Shown here: one piece after another, positions 24,413-37,481 of the stretch
Layout of the letters: every line of letters starts with the position of its first letter
How positions within the stretch are numbered: position 1 is the stretch's first letter
Source of the DNA: Podospora anserina
Taxonomy: Eukaryota
Direction of reading: 5' to 3'
Assembly (NCBI GenBank): GCA_017654855.1
Contig: CM030334.1
Coordinates: 2,480,001 to 2,544,000 of the forward strand
Length of the DNA stretch: 64,000 nt
Program-made: the position numbers and the translations under genes
The notes under the pieces: model-generated
Told to the model about the DNA's origin: nothing
Databases searched by the model: none
The model's input: the letters and a program-made list of their open reading frames with translations, nothing else

Positions 24413-25930
24413 GCGCAACCATGTGCTCTGCAGATATACCCCTAGCAATCTGTCGACCTTTGCCGCACCAGGCCTCTATACCCAACGCCCTCGCACCCAG
24501 TAATGCATCACAGTGGGGACATTCCCTCTCGGAGAGGCAGAAACAGCTCACCCGACATTCTTGGAATATCACCACCCGCCGTCGACCGTGGGGAGGATAG
24601 GATGGGATTTATGCTCCAGGAGGGCTACGCGGAAACGTGCGCAGGGACTGGGAGGGAAACACGTTTTTGGCCCATGAGGCGGGAGAGGAGTGACAGAACG
24701 CAAAGCAATATTTTGAAGCGTCTGCCTCATAGCAACTATTGTGTCGGTTTGGAGATGGGCCGAGTACACGCACCTATTTGGGCAGAGGCTTTGCCGTAAT
24801 CCACACCACCTCCTTCCTCTCTGTCTGACTCTCTGTCCCCCCTTTTCATCTTTTCCGATAACTCTCTACGTATTGTACCTCTCTGTTCTCACTTTTTTCT
24901 AGCTAGCTATTTAGTCAATGTGGTTTTTTTTTTCTCTTTTCTGGACTTGGACCGGGCCTTTGTCGTTTGTTGTGGGTTGTGCCACCTGCTTGCTTGTAAA
25001 GTCTTTGGGTTGTGCGGTCTGGACTTTCACTGGTCGGTAGGCTAGATCATCATCATTGAATACACAGTTTCTCTCTCTTTTTACTCTGCTGGTTACGTCA
25101 TTTGTTGCGAAAGATTGTTGACCATGTTATCCACGTAATGTTGTTTGACGTACGAGATGCGAGCGAGATGGGTGTGAACAATAAAAAGGGGGGGCTGTGT
25201 TTTGACTCCACTCGGCCTCTCAGGTTGTCCCTTGCGAATGCTCAGCAGGTGAGGAGTGGCTGTGCTGATTTGCTGTGGTAATTGCTGAATTAAGGAAAGG
25301 TGGATATGTTGGGGGGGGGGTGGTTCATCTTATAATCTTGGGTTGAATAGTTTACAGTTTTGTGAAATGAGAAGAAGGCTTGATTTAGGAGGCCAATACG
25401 AACGAGGATGGTTTAAACTCATTTTTTTGGCTTTTCTAAGCTATAGGTTCAACGTCGTGGATGTATTATTATCTTGTTGGAGATGAGCTTTGCTTGAAGA
25501 TAGGTGTTGTTTTCGTCTAAATCAAAGACACGGCTCAGGATTTGAAAACAGAACAATTCTTTATTTTGGTTTTTTCTGAAAATATTGGTATCATCATCGT
25601 CAACTCATCATGGAAACAAAATAAAATACCAAAAAACAGCGAGAAAAAAGAAGTGGAAATCAAGAACTAGTTTCTCCGTCGTCCACCACCCTTCCTCTTA
25701 TTCTCCTCGTGAATTGACTTTCGAACATTGGCTAGGTAGACGTAACTCCCTGCTTGACGGCCTATGAACCCGGTAAAGCCCTTTTGTTGGCGGTGTCTTT
25801 TCCGTTGTTCTTGTTGGCGATGTGGACGGGTGAGATTGTGGAGGGAGGGTTGGCCGTCTAGTTGAGACAGAAGGAACCGATGCCGTTGGGAGTTGGTGGG
25901 GGAGGGTGAACGACGGGAAGGGGAAGTCTG

Positions 25931-26078
25931 CTAGTTGGGGCAGGTCTGTATTAGAAAGGGTGTGGATGTCAGCGAGGAGGGTTATGATAAGTGAGCGGGG
26001 AAGACTTACAGCTCCGCAGCTGCCGCAGGACTTGCCCTCTGAGGCGGCACCGCACTTGGGGCAGCTTCCGTCGTGCAT
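25931..26078 (-). CDS. 27-aa Cys-rich micro-protein MHDGSCPKCGAASEGKSCGSCGATCPN (zinc-ribbon/metallothionein-like)
   Basis: Exon 26078-26010, intron 26009-25946 (GTAAGT donor, GCTGAC branch, CAG acceptor), exon 25945-25931 ending TAG. ACCATG start context, A/C-rich leader and upstream TATA. Confidence 0.8.
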
Positions 26079-26227
26079 GGTTACTTGAAGTGTTTGCGGG
26101 TTGTTGGTTGTTTGGTTTGAGTGAAAAGTTGAGAGTGTAAGTTGAAGTTCACGATAGTGGAAGGGGTGAGAGTTTGAGGAGGGGTAGATAGGTAGGTGGG
26201 CAAGAATGGGGGACTAAAAGAGCGGGG

Positions 26228-26236
26228 TATATATAT
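26228..26236 (-). promoter_or_regulatory. TATA box of the Cys-rich micro-gene
   Basis: TATATATA about 150 nt upstream of ATG 26078. Confidence 0.55.
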
Positions 26237-27393
26237 GCTGAACACACCACCCACCATCAACCGCACTTATTAACAGATGGAAGGAGGGAACCACATGATC
26301 CATCACTTGTTACACACATGGACCATTTGGGGGCTAACTAATCCGCGGACAAGCTTGTCACCTATCTCCATGGGTAACCGCGTTAAGCACGGCAGATGTT
26401 GGACCCTTTTCTCTTCCTAAAACGGTGGTGCATAACGCTACCTACCTTAGTTTGCCTATCATGAGGGAGGAGCGTCAAGTCACAAGGTTGGGATTTGCAA
26501 TCGGATCTCCACTAGTAGAGGCAAGTTTGGAGGATGACCGGGACTTGAACTTCAAAGTCATAACTTAACAACACAAACAAACCCGGGTTGAGGGGCGGGG
26601 AATTCTGCTTGACGTGCTATGAAGCATTTACTGTAAGAGCAATAAGAAACCATATGCTAACCAAACAACCAAAGAAACAAAGCCTCTGGAACCGGGCAAA
26701 GTCTGCCCGTGAGACCTGCCATATCAGTGTTTCTTCCTCTAGCTAGGCCACGAGCTGCAAGTCTCGCCCCGTTTTCATCCCCAGTTTCCCCACGCCAAGC
26801 ACACAATATATAGTACGTACATCCTGTATACCACCCACCCTCCTCCATTCGTTTATATCTCTCGCACTGGAACTTCAAAAGAGCGGCGGGCAACCAACCG
26901 AACGGATCGCTCGGGATAGGGAAAGCGAGCTCGTGTGTGAGGCGGGTAGTGCCACTTACACGTATGTTGGATGGACTCGAACCAACACTTGTCAGCCACA
27001 CACTCATGAGTTACAAGACAAGATATGCTCAAGATCGGTCAAAACATGACACCTCATGTCTGATTTCAATCGCACAGTCCAAACTTATGACCCCGCTCTC
27101 CTGCTCAAACCTAGGTAAACCAATGATGCTCCCCTTGAAAACCACAAACTCCAACGTCTCAACGCCCATCCAACGCCAATCTAATCACCTCCAGAGGCTA
27201 CAGAGCTCTTGACCAGACAGTAAACCACAAAAGCCAGTCTCTATATGTACACAAAGCCGTTTTATACACAACCAAACACTCTGTTGGGTTTCCCCAGTTG
27301 GCCCAGCAAGGCATCTGTTGACAAAAAATATAATTATCCACTCCCCCCCCTCCCATGGTATCAAAATTGTGCCTTTTGTAACCTTTGCCATGA

Positions 27394-29262
27394 TTAATAA
27401 CACTGCTTCGTCTCTCCCTCCCCTATTTCATGTTAGCATCGGAAACAAATAGTCAAAAGGAAACAAGAACATACCACTAATCATCTTCCCCAACGCCTGC
27501 ACCATACTCATCCCCATCACCACCCCTCCAAACCCCACCACCCCCCAGGCCACCCACGTCCTCCAGCTCTTCTTCGTCAGCCTAATATAACACAACGGCG
27601 GCAAAATATACGCCATCGCCGCCGCGCTCGTCCCCCCCACAAGATCAAACACCGTTCCCAAGTCACAAGTCAACAGGCTCAGCGTCATGGCGCTGAAAAC
27701 CAAGCTTGACGTAAATATTAAGTGAAGGGCGAGGTTGAACGGATCTCCCGGGAAGTAGTAGTTGAGCATCACCTCCCTGCAGACGAACGCTTCAAGAGGA
27801 AGAGTGGTGAGCATGTTGAGGCCGAAGCACAACCTCGCGATGTTGACCATGGTGTTGTCCGCGGGGAAATTGTTGAGGACGTTGCCCTGGGTCTTGTCCC
27901 CAAACGTCAAAAACCCTGCGAGGGCCATGAGGAGGCAGGCAAACATGCTGATTGCCGTGCTGTAGTGCGTCACCTTGGAGAACCTATCGATGGTCGGTTT
28001 TTCGAGGGAGCCGTAGATGAGCAACGAGTTGTGATGGCAAACAAATGCTTTTCCCACTGTCAGCACATGATATCTTCCCTCCCCTCTCACAACCAGAAAT
28101 ACATACCAAAACTGATAACCCCAATCGCACTCCAAATCCCATCCCCCAGCACCCACCCCTCCCACCCCTTCACCTCCCCCCTCTCCTCCACCTCCACAAA
28201 CCCGACCTGCACCACCACCGTCAGAACAATAACCCCCATGCTCACCAGCGCAAACGTGCTCGCCTTTGCCAGCTTGGCAATGTCCCTATACAACGCCAAC
28301 GGCCAGCTCACCCCCAGCGTAAAAACCACAATCACCACCCTCCTATCCACCAGCCAGCTCCCTATTCTTCCTCCAGCCAAATCCGGCCATATCGCCTTCA
28401 TAACATTCGGTATCGAATCCCCCACAATAACCCCAAACGCCACCATCCCCCCAAACGCAAACGCCCACTGCGCCACGCTGATGGCGATCAACCCCGGCTT
28501 GCCAAAACACTTCTCTACCGTGCCCTGAAACGACGACGCCCCCGAGAGCTTGGAGTTGATGACGATGAGGCAGATCGTCCAGTCCACCACCACGGTGAGG
28601 ACCACGAGGAGCAACGTGCCAGACAGGAGACCGGCTGACTTGAAGGCGTACGGTTGGCCAATGATGCCCGCGCCGATGATGCTGTTGGCCATGTTCATGA
28701 ACGCTGACGACAGGTTTGATTTGGGGCGGGATGCTTCCGAGGCGTGCCAGTCTTCTGCGTCGGCGTGGTCGCCGAATAGGGAGCGGTCGGATGCGACGGC
28801 TATGGAGGGGGCGGTGATATCTGATAGCAGAGGGACGCGCTGGCGGCCTCGGCGGGCGGTGGAAGAGGAGGATAGGTAATCATCGTCGTCGAGGTTGAAG
28901 GTGTCTGATTCGGAGTAGTCGAAGGACGCTCTGGCGTGGTGGTGGGTGTCCTCGTTTGTGGGGGTGGGTTTGGGAGGGACGGCGGGGAATTGCCTGGCTT
29001 CCTCTGGGACGAACGTGGGTGTGAGGTCGAAGCGGACTCGGTTTGGTGTGCGTGGTGTTCGTGGGCCGGGCGGGTGGATAGATAGCCCGCCTGGGGGTCG
29101 TTCGCGGGAGGAGGATTTGCTCGAGGAGGTGCTGTTGCTGTGGACGGGGGAGGGGCGTCGTTGTGGTTCTTGGGAGGCGTCGTGGGAGGAGAGGAGACCG
29201 ATGTTCTCTTCTTGGGCTGGGGCCCTTTCTCCTTCGGGGATGTCCCTTCGTATTCTCGACAT
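27394..29262 (-). CDS. AVT2: Avt2/SLC38A11-like amino acid transporter (Aa_trans family)
   Basis: Exons 29262-28107, 28047-27475 and 27422-27394. Motifs AFMNMANSIIGAGIIGQPYA, AIGVISFAFVCHHNSLLIY and GNVLNNFP; multiple TMs. Confidence 0.88.
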
Positions 29263-30466
29263 GATTTCAGTGTTCTGTATGCCCTATCCTCCTCTCCTAT
29301 CCCTTCCGAGCTCGCAGCTGTCCCTCTTTCTGCTCGTGTGTAGGCGCAATTCGAAAGTCGCAATAAGTCGGCCGGTATAAGTCAGGGGCTCGGTTTGTCA
29401 AGATGCAGTGTACGTCACCGCTAGTCTTCTTCTCGTTCGTCGTTCACGGGGAAGTACACACAAATTCGCAATCTTCCACTCCAGCTACTCGTCAAGTCGC
29501 TATTGTTGTTTATTCAACTTTTGCTTTCCCCCCCCCCTTTCTCGCGATTCAAGCCACAACGGTTCGTTATAAGAGCGAGCACGGCTCGGCCGCCGGGATC
29601 CGGTTCGTTATTGGGAAACGTGTACAAACTGGTCGCATGAAACAAAGAAAACTAAAGCTTATTTCTGCATCCGCAAACCAATAGTAAAAAAAAAAAAGAG
29701 CTGGCGCAAGTGTTGATTATGTATCTCAGTTCAAAAAAAGAAGATATAGAAAAACGAGTGTCATGAATTGGAAATTTCCCAAGAAACCAAATGTCTCGCC
29801 AGTTACAGAATGCCAGGTCAGTTAGACCCCTGTCAGGTGATGCTGCGTTGCGCTACACACGGCACCTTGCGGAGCTAGCTGGCTTCCTCACAGGCTCTCA
29901 CTCAGCCCCTGAACGGGGACCGCTTCGCAGGATGCGGCTGCTGCGCGTCCCGAAAGAGTGGACTTGTTGCCCGGTCTTCTGGAACACTGAAACACTCCGA
30001 CCGACCCGACGATATCCGCTGTGGTTTCATTCTCACAAGTCCCAAGCTCACTGAGGTGATGTTAAAGAAGCATATTATTACTTATTTCTCTAGCGCTACC
30101 AAAATGGCGGGACCTAACTCAAAAATGCCCCTTTTATAACCGATCATAAAGATCGTCGAGTGAACATCCTCAGCCGAGGAGTCGAGACAGGAGGTGACAA
30201 CGTCCACGCTCCTCTTCACGGGGTAGGAATCAAATCACAATCTACCCAAGCACGACTCGGCTCCTCTCCGCCGGGCCACTCCCTTCCAAAATAAAAAGTG
30301 CCAGTTGAATCGAATTCAAGAGGCGACTCGTTGAGTCTTGTTTGGGTTCAACCAACGACTGCCCTATTCCAGACAGCCGGTCTGTGGTTTCCCCCATGTC
30401 TTGTGCTGCGATTCGAGCACATCACTCTTCTCCAAAAACACACTTGAATGTTGTTACAATGTTCCT

Positions 30467-32113
30467 TCACACCGCCATCATGGCCCAAGCGACCAGAGCC
30501 CAGGCCAAGGTAAACGCGACACCTCCTACTTTGCTGCCACCAGAGACCGTCTTTGGGGTCACCGTCTCAGCACTTGTCTCGCCAGTTGCGCTCCCGGTAG
30601 ATCCAGGTACGACAGGCCGACCATCTTCGCCAGTCGCCACAGCACCTGTGTTGCCCGTGCTCGTCGGCTTGGGCGGGGCTGCCTTGTTTGCAAAGCCTAT
30701 TCGCATGTTGCCGTTGTCGGCGTCGAACACAGAATAGACATTCTTGAGGAAAACATCCCCCATAATCCATTCGCCAGGCCGAAAACTAGGTAGTTCGATA
30801 TAGCCATAGATACGGCTGAGACACTTGTCATCTTCGACTTGGGCCACCCAGTCCTTGGCTGGAATCTCATATGCGACACCTCCAAAAGTAACTTTGAAGG
30901 CCGTTTTGGTATCGCAGGGGACGATATACTCGGTGTAGGCCGGCTTCTCATCCAGTTTGGCCCCGGGAACGAGCTTGAAGAGCTCCGCGACGTCGGGCGG
31001 CGACCCAAAGATGTATGTTGTTCCGGTGTCGATGATGGCTTTTGTAGAGTTGAGTTTGGCCTGTTTTCCGTCGAACGCAAAACCCTCGATGGGAATGACC
31101 CACTCGCCCTTCGCCTTGTGCTCCGTCGTGACGTCGGCGTACTTGATCTCGCCGACATGCTTGGCCGGGTCAATGCCGCCGAAAGTGGCCTGGCCGTCGT
31201 TCACGCCGTCCGAATCTCTGTTCATGCTGATGGCAACGATCGGCTTGAGGGCGTTCTGTTGCCTGACCTCCTTGAAAAAACTCCCAGTGACAGAGTGGCC
31301 CATCCCCAGACCCAGAATGCCATCAAAGGCATAATGTCGCAGTTCTTCTGCAGTATGGTTGGCCACACCAAATTGAACATTGACAGTCTTCCCCGCCAGC
31401 ACCATGTTATCCCATCCCACAACACCTGTGACATTACCTGTGCCATAGTTGATGAAGAAGTCATCAGCTTGATTGGGCTTCCAAGACGTTGATGCTGCCG
31501 TGTCGAATCTATCGTGAAGGCGGCAGGCATATTCCGTGCAGTCGGTTCCCATGACCCAAGTGTTGCCCGCACCGGTGTCCAAAAGCATATACAATGGCGT
31601 CTTCTGGGAGCCGAGCTCGACCCTGATAAAGTAAGAAAAGTCGGGCCCGTATTGATAGATGCCGGTGCTGCCCTCTGATATCGGCTTGATGGGGTGGGAA
31701 ATAGGGTACTGGTTCCCTGGCACATAGTTCTTGTCGTCTTTCTGACTTCGGGCACGCACTGCAGGCGGTCCTCCGAACTTCTGGGCGACACGGGCAATAG
31801 CCACTGCTACACGGTCAAAAGGTTCAGACTCATCGTCAAGCTAGAAACACGGTCAATATCATGTCCGGTGGGCAATCAAGGCGACAGCTCAGGAGCGACA
31901 TACAACTTGTCTTGGCCTTGCAACCAAAGGGAACGTGACCACCTCGCCGCCATTGGACCTCGCCGAGTGGCCGCCATGCTTCCGCGTCGTCTTGGTGAAA
32001 GGACCACAATGGCCGGTAGGATCGCATTGGTCGTCGGGAATGAACACAACAAAGGCGTTGGCAGCGGCAACCCAAAGTGCGAGCTTTGTAAGAAAAGACG
32101 TCGGCCTCAACAT
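30467..32113 (-). CDS. Secreted, probably GPI-anchored pepsin-like (A1) aspartic protease
   Basis: Exons 32113-31904 and 31840-30467. Signal peptide, catalytic LLDTGAG and IIDTGTT, DGILGLG, WIMGDVFLKNVYSVFD, S/T-rich linker and hydrophobic C-terminus. Confidence 0.92.
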
Positions 32114-34465
32114 ATTGAGAGATGATCCCCAAAATCCTCACCACACTCCCTCACCAACCTTTGCGGGACGTGGTCTCTCTCTGCCAACGGCTTTCCAAAA
32201 ACTGATGTCGAAAAAACTTGGGCAGCCTCGATATCGGTGACAGATGACTGGCAACGGTCAAATGATCATTTGAGAGCGCCAGATCCGTCTTGCCGAGAGG
32301 GGAGGGTATTAAGAGGCGATTAACGATTAATTGGACAACATTGGAATTGTCGTCTAATGGTTCCTGCGGCCGAGAGTTGATGGAGACAGACGTAAACCGG
32401 ACTTTTGTGATGGGGAAAAAGCAAACACCCAAAAATGACTATTCGCAGGCTATGCAAAAACGTTGAAGCTGAAAAATGACTTTGATAGGAAACTTGCTTG
32501 CTGGAAGATGCAAAACTATGCGGAAAGATCGGAAGAATGGGAAACGCGATGATGGGGCAATGGGCGAGATACACGAGAGACAGGAAGCCGATATTGAAAC
32601 AAGCTCTTTGGAGGTATAAAGGAAGACCCCTCGAGCAATGATGGACACACCCCGAACAAACAGAAAGGAGATGTCGGATGGTGGAGAGAAAAAAAAAGAA
32701 GAGGAGGGTGGCGAGCGTGGGAATAAGAACAAGACATGGAAGGGAACGAGGCCAGATGCATTGTGGATGGAGCAGTCGGCCGCAACCACCCCTGCCTGCT
32801 CCTCTTTGGGGGGGCTTGCTGAGGGGGGGCGGACCCATGATGGTGTGCAGGAGACCAGGAGCAGTTCTGGGCTTCTTCCTGGCTCGATGTTAATTGTTGG
32901 CGATTGACATGGCTGTCAACCATTACCACCATAATATCCGCAGGTACCTGGGTAGCGAGAGATGATGGATGAGAGATATCTGCAACGTTGAGGGGAATGC
33001 TTCCCGATTGAGCTGGTTACCTGGCTATCTCTTGTATACTCATGGATGTCTTGAAATTGTCAGTTGCGGCTGCCCGCATTTTGCCCTGGAAGCCCTGGCT
33101 CTCGCTGGATGGGAAAGCGGAGTGTTTTCCTACGCTTACAACCCTCAAATACCGTTGAATACCGCCGTCTGCAACGCCAATTGAGCAAATGACCATTGCC
33201 TTTGGGGTCGTGGTGAAGCTCTTGGGAGCTTCTTGGAAAAATGTCTTGGTGTCTCTTCTCATCTCAAAAAAGCGACGATCTGCTCGAGAGTGGAGCCGCC
33301 CCTGTCCATGTCCAAATCATCTAGCCGCTGTCTGATTGGCGGCGGTCTCGAACAAGCTCTGCAGCGCTGCTCGGCGTCTGTGTGCCGCTTGTTTTCGAGG
33401 CTCCACCCAATTTGTCCCCCAGCTTTCCCGGTCTCTGCAAAAGACCCCGAAGCCGTCCGGACTGCCATTTGATTTCTTGACATCCCTTCCCGTCTGCAGT
33501 TCAGACAGTCAACATCTACCTCACTGTGTTCATGTCCTCTCCTGAGAATACGAGCTCCCACAGCAACCAACATAAGCCAGCACTTCTCTTTCTGGAAATT
33601 TCATTTTCAAGGATGCAATATTAGGAGGGTGGCAGTCGTGGGAAACGAATCTGACAAGGGGGAGCCGCCGGCCTGTGCGCCCCAGATAACGTCCTGAACC
33701 TGGATCCCTGCGTGGCGTCGGCCAAGATATCCACCAAGCAGCCAGCCTCGAACGAGCCAATCGGTCACACTCTTCTGCGCCTGTGTGAAGCATCACCACC
33801 ACAACAGACTGATCCAGAGCCTCAGCTTGTCCTCTCCCATCCGGCCAGCTGAACAACAAGGCGGCTATCAATGTCTTGCTTTTGGCTGTTTGGCATCATG
33901 GCTTTTGACAACAACAAACAGTTTCATGTTTGACCATCGCGCTTGGCACGAGTCTGCGTAGGTGAAGGTCCCCTACCTAGATCAGCAGAGCCCCCTTCCT
34001 CGGTGGAGAATGGTAATTTCTAACAAATACCCATCATGACCTCATGGGCATGGTGTGTGATTACCCCACGAAAACGCCCAAGCTCGTCGTTAGGTAAGAG
34101 GGGAATGGTACATTGAAGCTGTCAGTTTCATTCACCTCTCTTTTGACAACGGTTGGACTCCCGGTTCGTATCAGGCTGAAGAAGTCGATATGCCTTCAGC
34201 TGGTCTGACGTGTCAGTTTACCTGATATCCCGCTGAGGGTCTCTCTGTATGAATAAGAAGTTTGGACCATCTTACCAGTCTATGGTATGGAGAGTTCTTT
34301 CCGCTCGTCTCCGGTTTTCTCGAAGCCGATCCGTTTGATAGTCATAGAGATCTGCCCGTTGGTGGAAATTCTCCTGTCTTCCACACCTGGACACGCGGAC
34401 AGCAACGTCACCTCAACTCCCATCCTAAAACAATGGCTTTTTCCATCCGTAACGTAACTGTCTCA

Positions 34466-35473
34466 TCAGCCGCGTACTCTGTCTGCTGATGGACTCCGAT
34501 ATGTCTCACACCACTCCACCGCCCTCCTCAACACCGCCTTGTCTGCCACCGCCGTCGTCTCCATCTCCAGCAGCTCCTTTTGAATCTCCAAAAACCTGGA
34601 ATAAGCCTCCTCCGTCATGACACCCGCCGCTGCCAAAGTCGGCAAAAACACCCAGACAGACTCGTTTGACAACCGGAGAGATTCGACCAGATCCAACACC
34701 TTGGCTATCACCCCCGGTGCGTCCTTGTCACGGCCGAGGAGAAAAGACAGGAATGACCACCCTGATATGTCGGTGTGATTCTGAGCGCACCAAGTCTGGA
34801 CTATTTCCAACAGCTTCCCACGGTTGAAGTTGTTGTTGCTGATGTTGACCAAAAACCTGGCGTGACACCAAGCGTAGTAGTTCCGGGGATGTCTCTCCCC
34901 AGCCACGCAGACAATCCTCTCGATATCACCCGTGACTTCAACTGACAGACCATACTTTGCGTACTGGGTGATGAGCCACCGCCGATGACTCCATAACACG
35001 GGGGATTTGGTGTGTCGGTGTAGTCTGCTTGTGAGGAGACTGTCTACCGTCCTCTTTTCTTGTTCCAACACCGTTCTATGGTCAGAGTTTTGCCTTTGCA
35101 ATTCTGACTGGAGAAGTCGTTTTCTGGTGTTGGCTGCTGTGAGGTGCTCGGGGTCGAAGAGGAGGATGGTGAATGTGGCGGAGGATATGTCGTCTGAGCT
35201 GAAGAGGGAGGGGTCGGTTTGGTAGGCTCTGAGACGGGTTCGGGCGAAGAGGAAGGATTGGACTAGGGCGAGTTTGGAGATGGCGATGAAGTTGTTGTCT
35301 TTGAGGATGGTTTGGCCGGGGGGGAAGTGGAACTCTTTGAGGATTTCGATTTCGAGGAGGGCGGTGGATGGGGAGGAGGGGAGGGTGAGGGTTTGCGTTA
35401 GTTCTTCGTATACTTGTTGTAGGTTGACGGAGTTGAGGTTTGCGGCTATTTTTGGGTCTATGGCTCGGGACAT
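34466..35473 (-). CDS. Protein prenyltransferase alpha-subunit repeat protein (PTAR1/Ecm9-like)
   Basis: Single ORF of 335 aa with PPTA-repeat-like motifs TAANTRKR, KSPVLWSHRRW, HPRNYYAWCHAR and DISGWSFL. Confidence 0.8.
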   Translation of the reverse strand: MSRAIDPKIAANLNSVNLQQVYEELTQTLTLPSSPSTALLEIEILKEFHFPPGQTILKDNNFIAISKLALVQSFLFARTRLRAYQTDPSLFSSDDISSATFTILLFDPEHLTAANTRKRLLQSELQRQNSDHRTVLEQEKRTVDSLLTSRLHRHTKSPVLWSHRRWLITQYAKYGLSVEVTGDIERIVCVAGERHPRNYYAWCHARFLVNISNNNFNRGKLLEIVQTWCAQNHTDISGWSFLSFLLGRDKDAPGVIAKVLDLVESLRLSNESVWVFLPTLAAAGVMTEEAYSRFLEIQKELLEMETTAVADKAVLRRAVEWCETYRSPSADRVRG

Positions 35474-35768
35474 TTTGAGCGGCTGTATTTGGGTTGCTGG
35501 TAAGAGCTTCAGGGATAGATTGAGTGTGAGATAGTCAGGTTGAGTGTGAGATGAGACTGGTGAGTTCAGGCTTGGCTTAAGGCTGCCTCGAGAGAAGGAT
35601 GATATGTGAAAGAGGCGGGCAAAATAATCCAGCTGTACAGTAAGTGGTGTTTCTGAGCCTGAGTCCCATAAACTCCCCTTTCAAGACTGGATGTTAAAGA
35701 TAGTAGGTGATTGGCCCAAGGTGAAGCCATCAAGCCCCCAAGCTGACCTTGTGAAAGCTACCTACTCC

Positions 35769-35780
35769 AACCCTAACCCT
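35769..35780. promoter_or_regulatory. Telobox-like AACCCTAACCCT in the divergent PTAR1-like/GET1 promoter
   Basis: Two telomere-type units, seen directly. Confidence 0.35.
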
Positions 35781-35969
35781 CTGCTAAACGCCACGCCACG
35801 TATCCCGCCTGTGGGTCTGAGCTGGCAGAGAGAGCTCCGTCATTGTCACGTTGATTTCTCTTCCCAAGGCTGACAGTCGAACCCCCCAACAAACAAAACA
35901 TACTACGGACATGACCGCAACTTTAGACCGCTAGTTGTAAACCGACCAGCGCGCTCATACTCCCCAAAG

Positions 35970-36739
35970 ATGCCATCTCTACTACTCATCATATTCGTCA
36001 CCGAGCTGGTTGTCCAACTGGTCAACACCCTCGGCGCAACCACCATCAACGATTTGGTACGCTGGCCTTCTCTCTGCGATGCCCCCCCCCACCATGCCAT
36101 GGCCGCCCTCGGCAAACGATCATATGCTGACAAGAAAAACCCATTGATAGCTATGGAGGATATACCTTACCCTGCCGACACCGCTCTCGTTAGAGTTTGC
36201 ACAACAGCGCAGGAAGCAAAAAGAATACCTCGCCGTTCGACATGAGCTGAAGGCGACGAGCAGTCAAGACGAGTTTGCCAAGTGGGCGAAACTCAGGCGC
36301 CAGCATGACAAGCTGTTGGAGGATCTTGAGAAGAAGAGTAGGCGATCACTACATATGGGTTGGAAGGGACGCAGTTGCTAACTTCTTCGTTTCTACAGAG
36401 GCTTCGCTCGAGGCAGCCCGCACCAAGTTCGATCGAACCCTCACGACCACCCGCACGGTCTCGACCCGCAGCGTACAGTGGTTCCTCCCCTTCTGGTACA
36501 GCAAGGAGCCCATGTTCTGGCTCCCCTACGGCTGGTTCCCCTACTACGTCGAATGGTTCGCCTCTTTCCCCCGTGCGCCAATGGGTAGCGTCAGCATTGT
36601 GGTTTGGCAATGGGCTTGCACCGCCGTGATCGCTCTGATGATTGAGGCGGCCACAGCAGCTTTGGTGTATGTTGCTGCGAAGCAGTCACAAAAGATCAGG
36701 CAGCCTGTGCCAGCGCAGTCGGAAAAGAAAGATTCATGA
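35970..36739 (+). CDS. GET1: Guided entry of tail-anchored proteins receptor Get1 (WRB/CHD5 family)
   Basis: Exons 35970-36056, 36151-36337 and 36399-36739. Motifs [35 protein letters not shown] and [10 protein letters not shown]. Confidence 0.93.
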
Positions 36740-37481
36740 ATGGGACATATATGATGTTGCGAAGGTCAGGAAGACCATGACAGGATTACACATAGGCATG
36801 AAGCACAAACGAAAGTAGTAATGGATAGACAATAAAATGTCTCTCACAATTTGACGCAGATAATCTTCATGGCCGGAGCTGGAGTTCTGCAACACTACGT
36901 GAGATGACTCTTGGCAGAGTACTTGGGCTCGATCTAGGCTCCCTTTTGACTTCTGCGACCATGGGGAAAAGATTCGCAGAAGCTTCGAAAGTGCCAACTG
37001 GTATTGAAAGTGGGGGAGGTCAGTAGAATATCACGCGCGAAGAGGGATCGGGACTGAGATGAATCGTTGTGAGTATATTGATTGCTGTATTGGCACGATT
37101 GAAGAAACAAAGTCGGTTGCGAATGGTGTCCGTTACAGTCGCAGAAGCCGAAGAAAGTGGTTGGTTTGTGAGAAGGTAGAAAAGGTCAACAGAAATTCGC
37201 CAGTCAAAATTTATATTTTCCCTCCAAGGCTGCGTGCGGGTAAAAGTGGGTACGTTTGCCGAGACTGCCACCCAGCGGCAGCCTTGCATACAGTGGTGGG
37301 ACACGACGGCATTCAACCCTTGGCTCGTCATTGAGCAATTGTCAGCCTCGTCAACCACCTGGCATCTTGGTGTCGCAAACAACAGATATCTTGACAACGG
37401 GGGTTTCCACAAACGCGCAGGCAAAACAACGGGAGAAATCGAATCGCGCATGCCGCCCGATCAACAAATACACCAGACAAG

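Noticed and set aside
25698-26078. 126-aa ORF
   Set aside because: It reads through a consensus intron; the spliced product is the 27-aa peptide.
35769-35780. Telomere or telomerase RNA template
   Set aside because: There are only two units, in a 500-nt divergent promoter, which leaves no room for a telomerase RNA.
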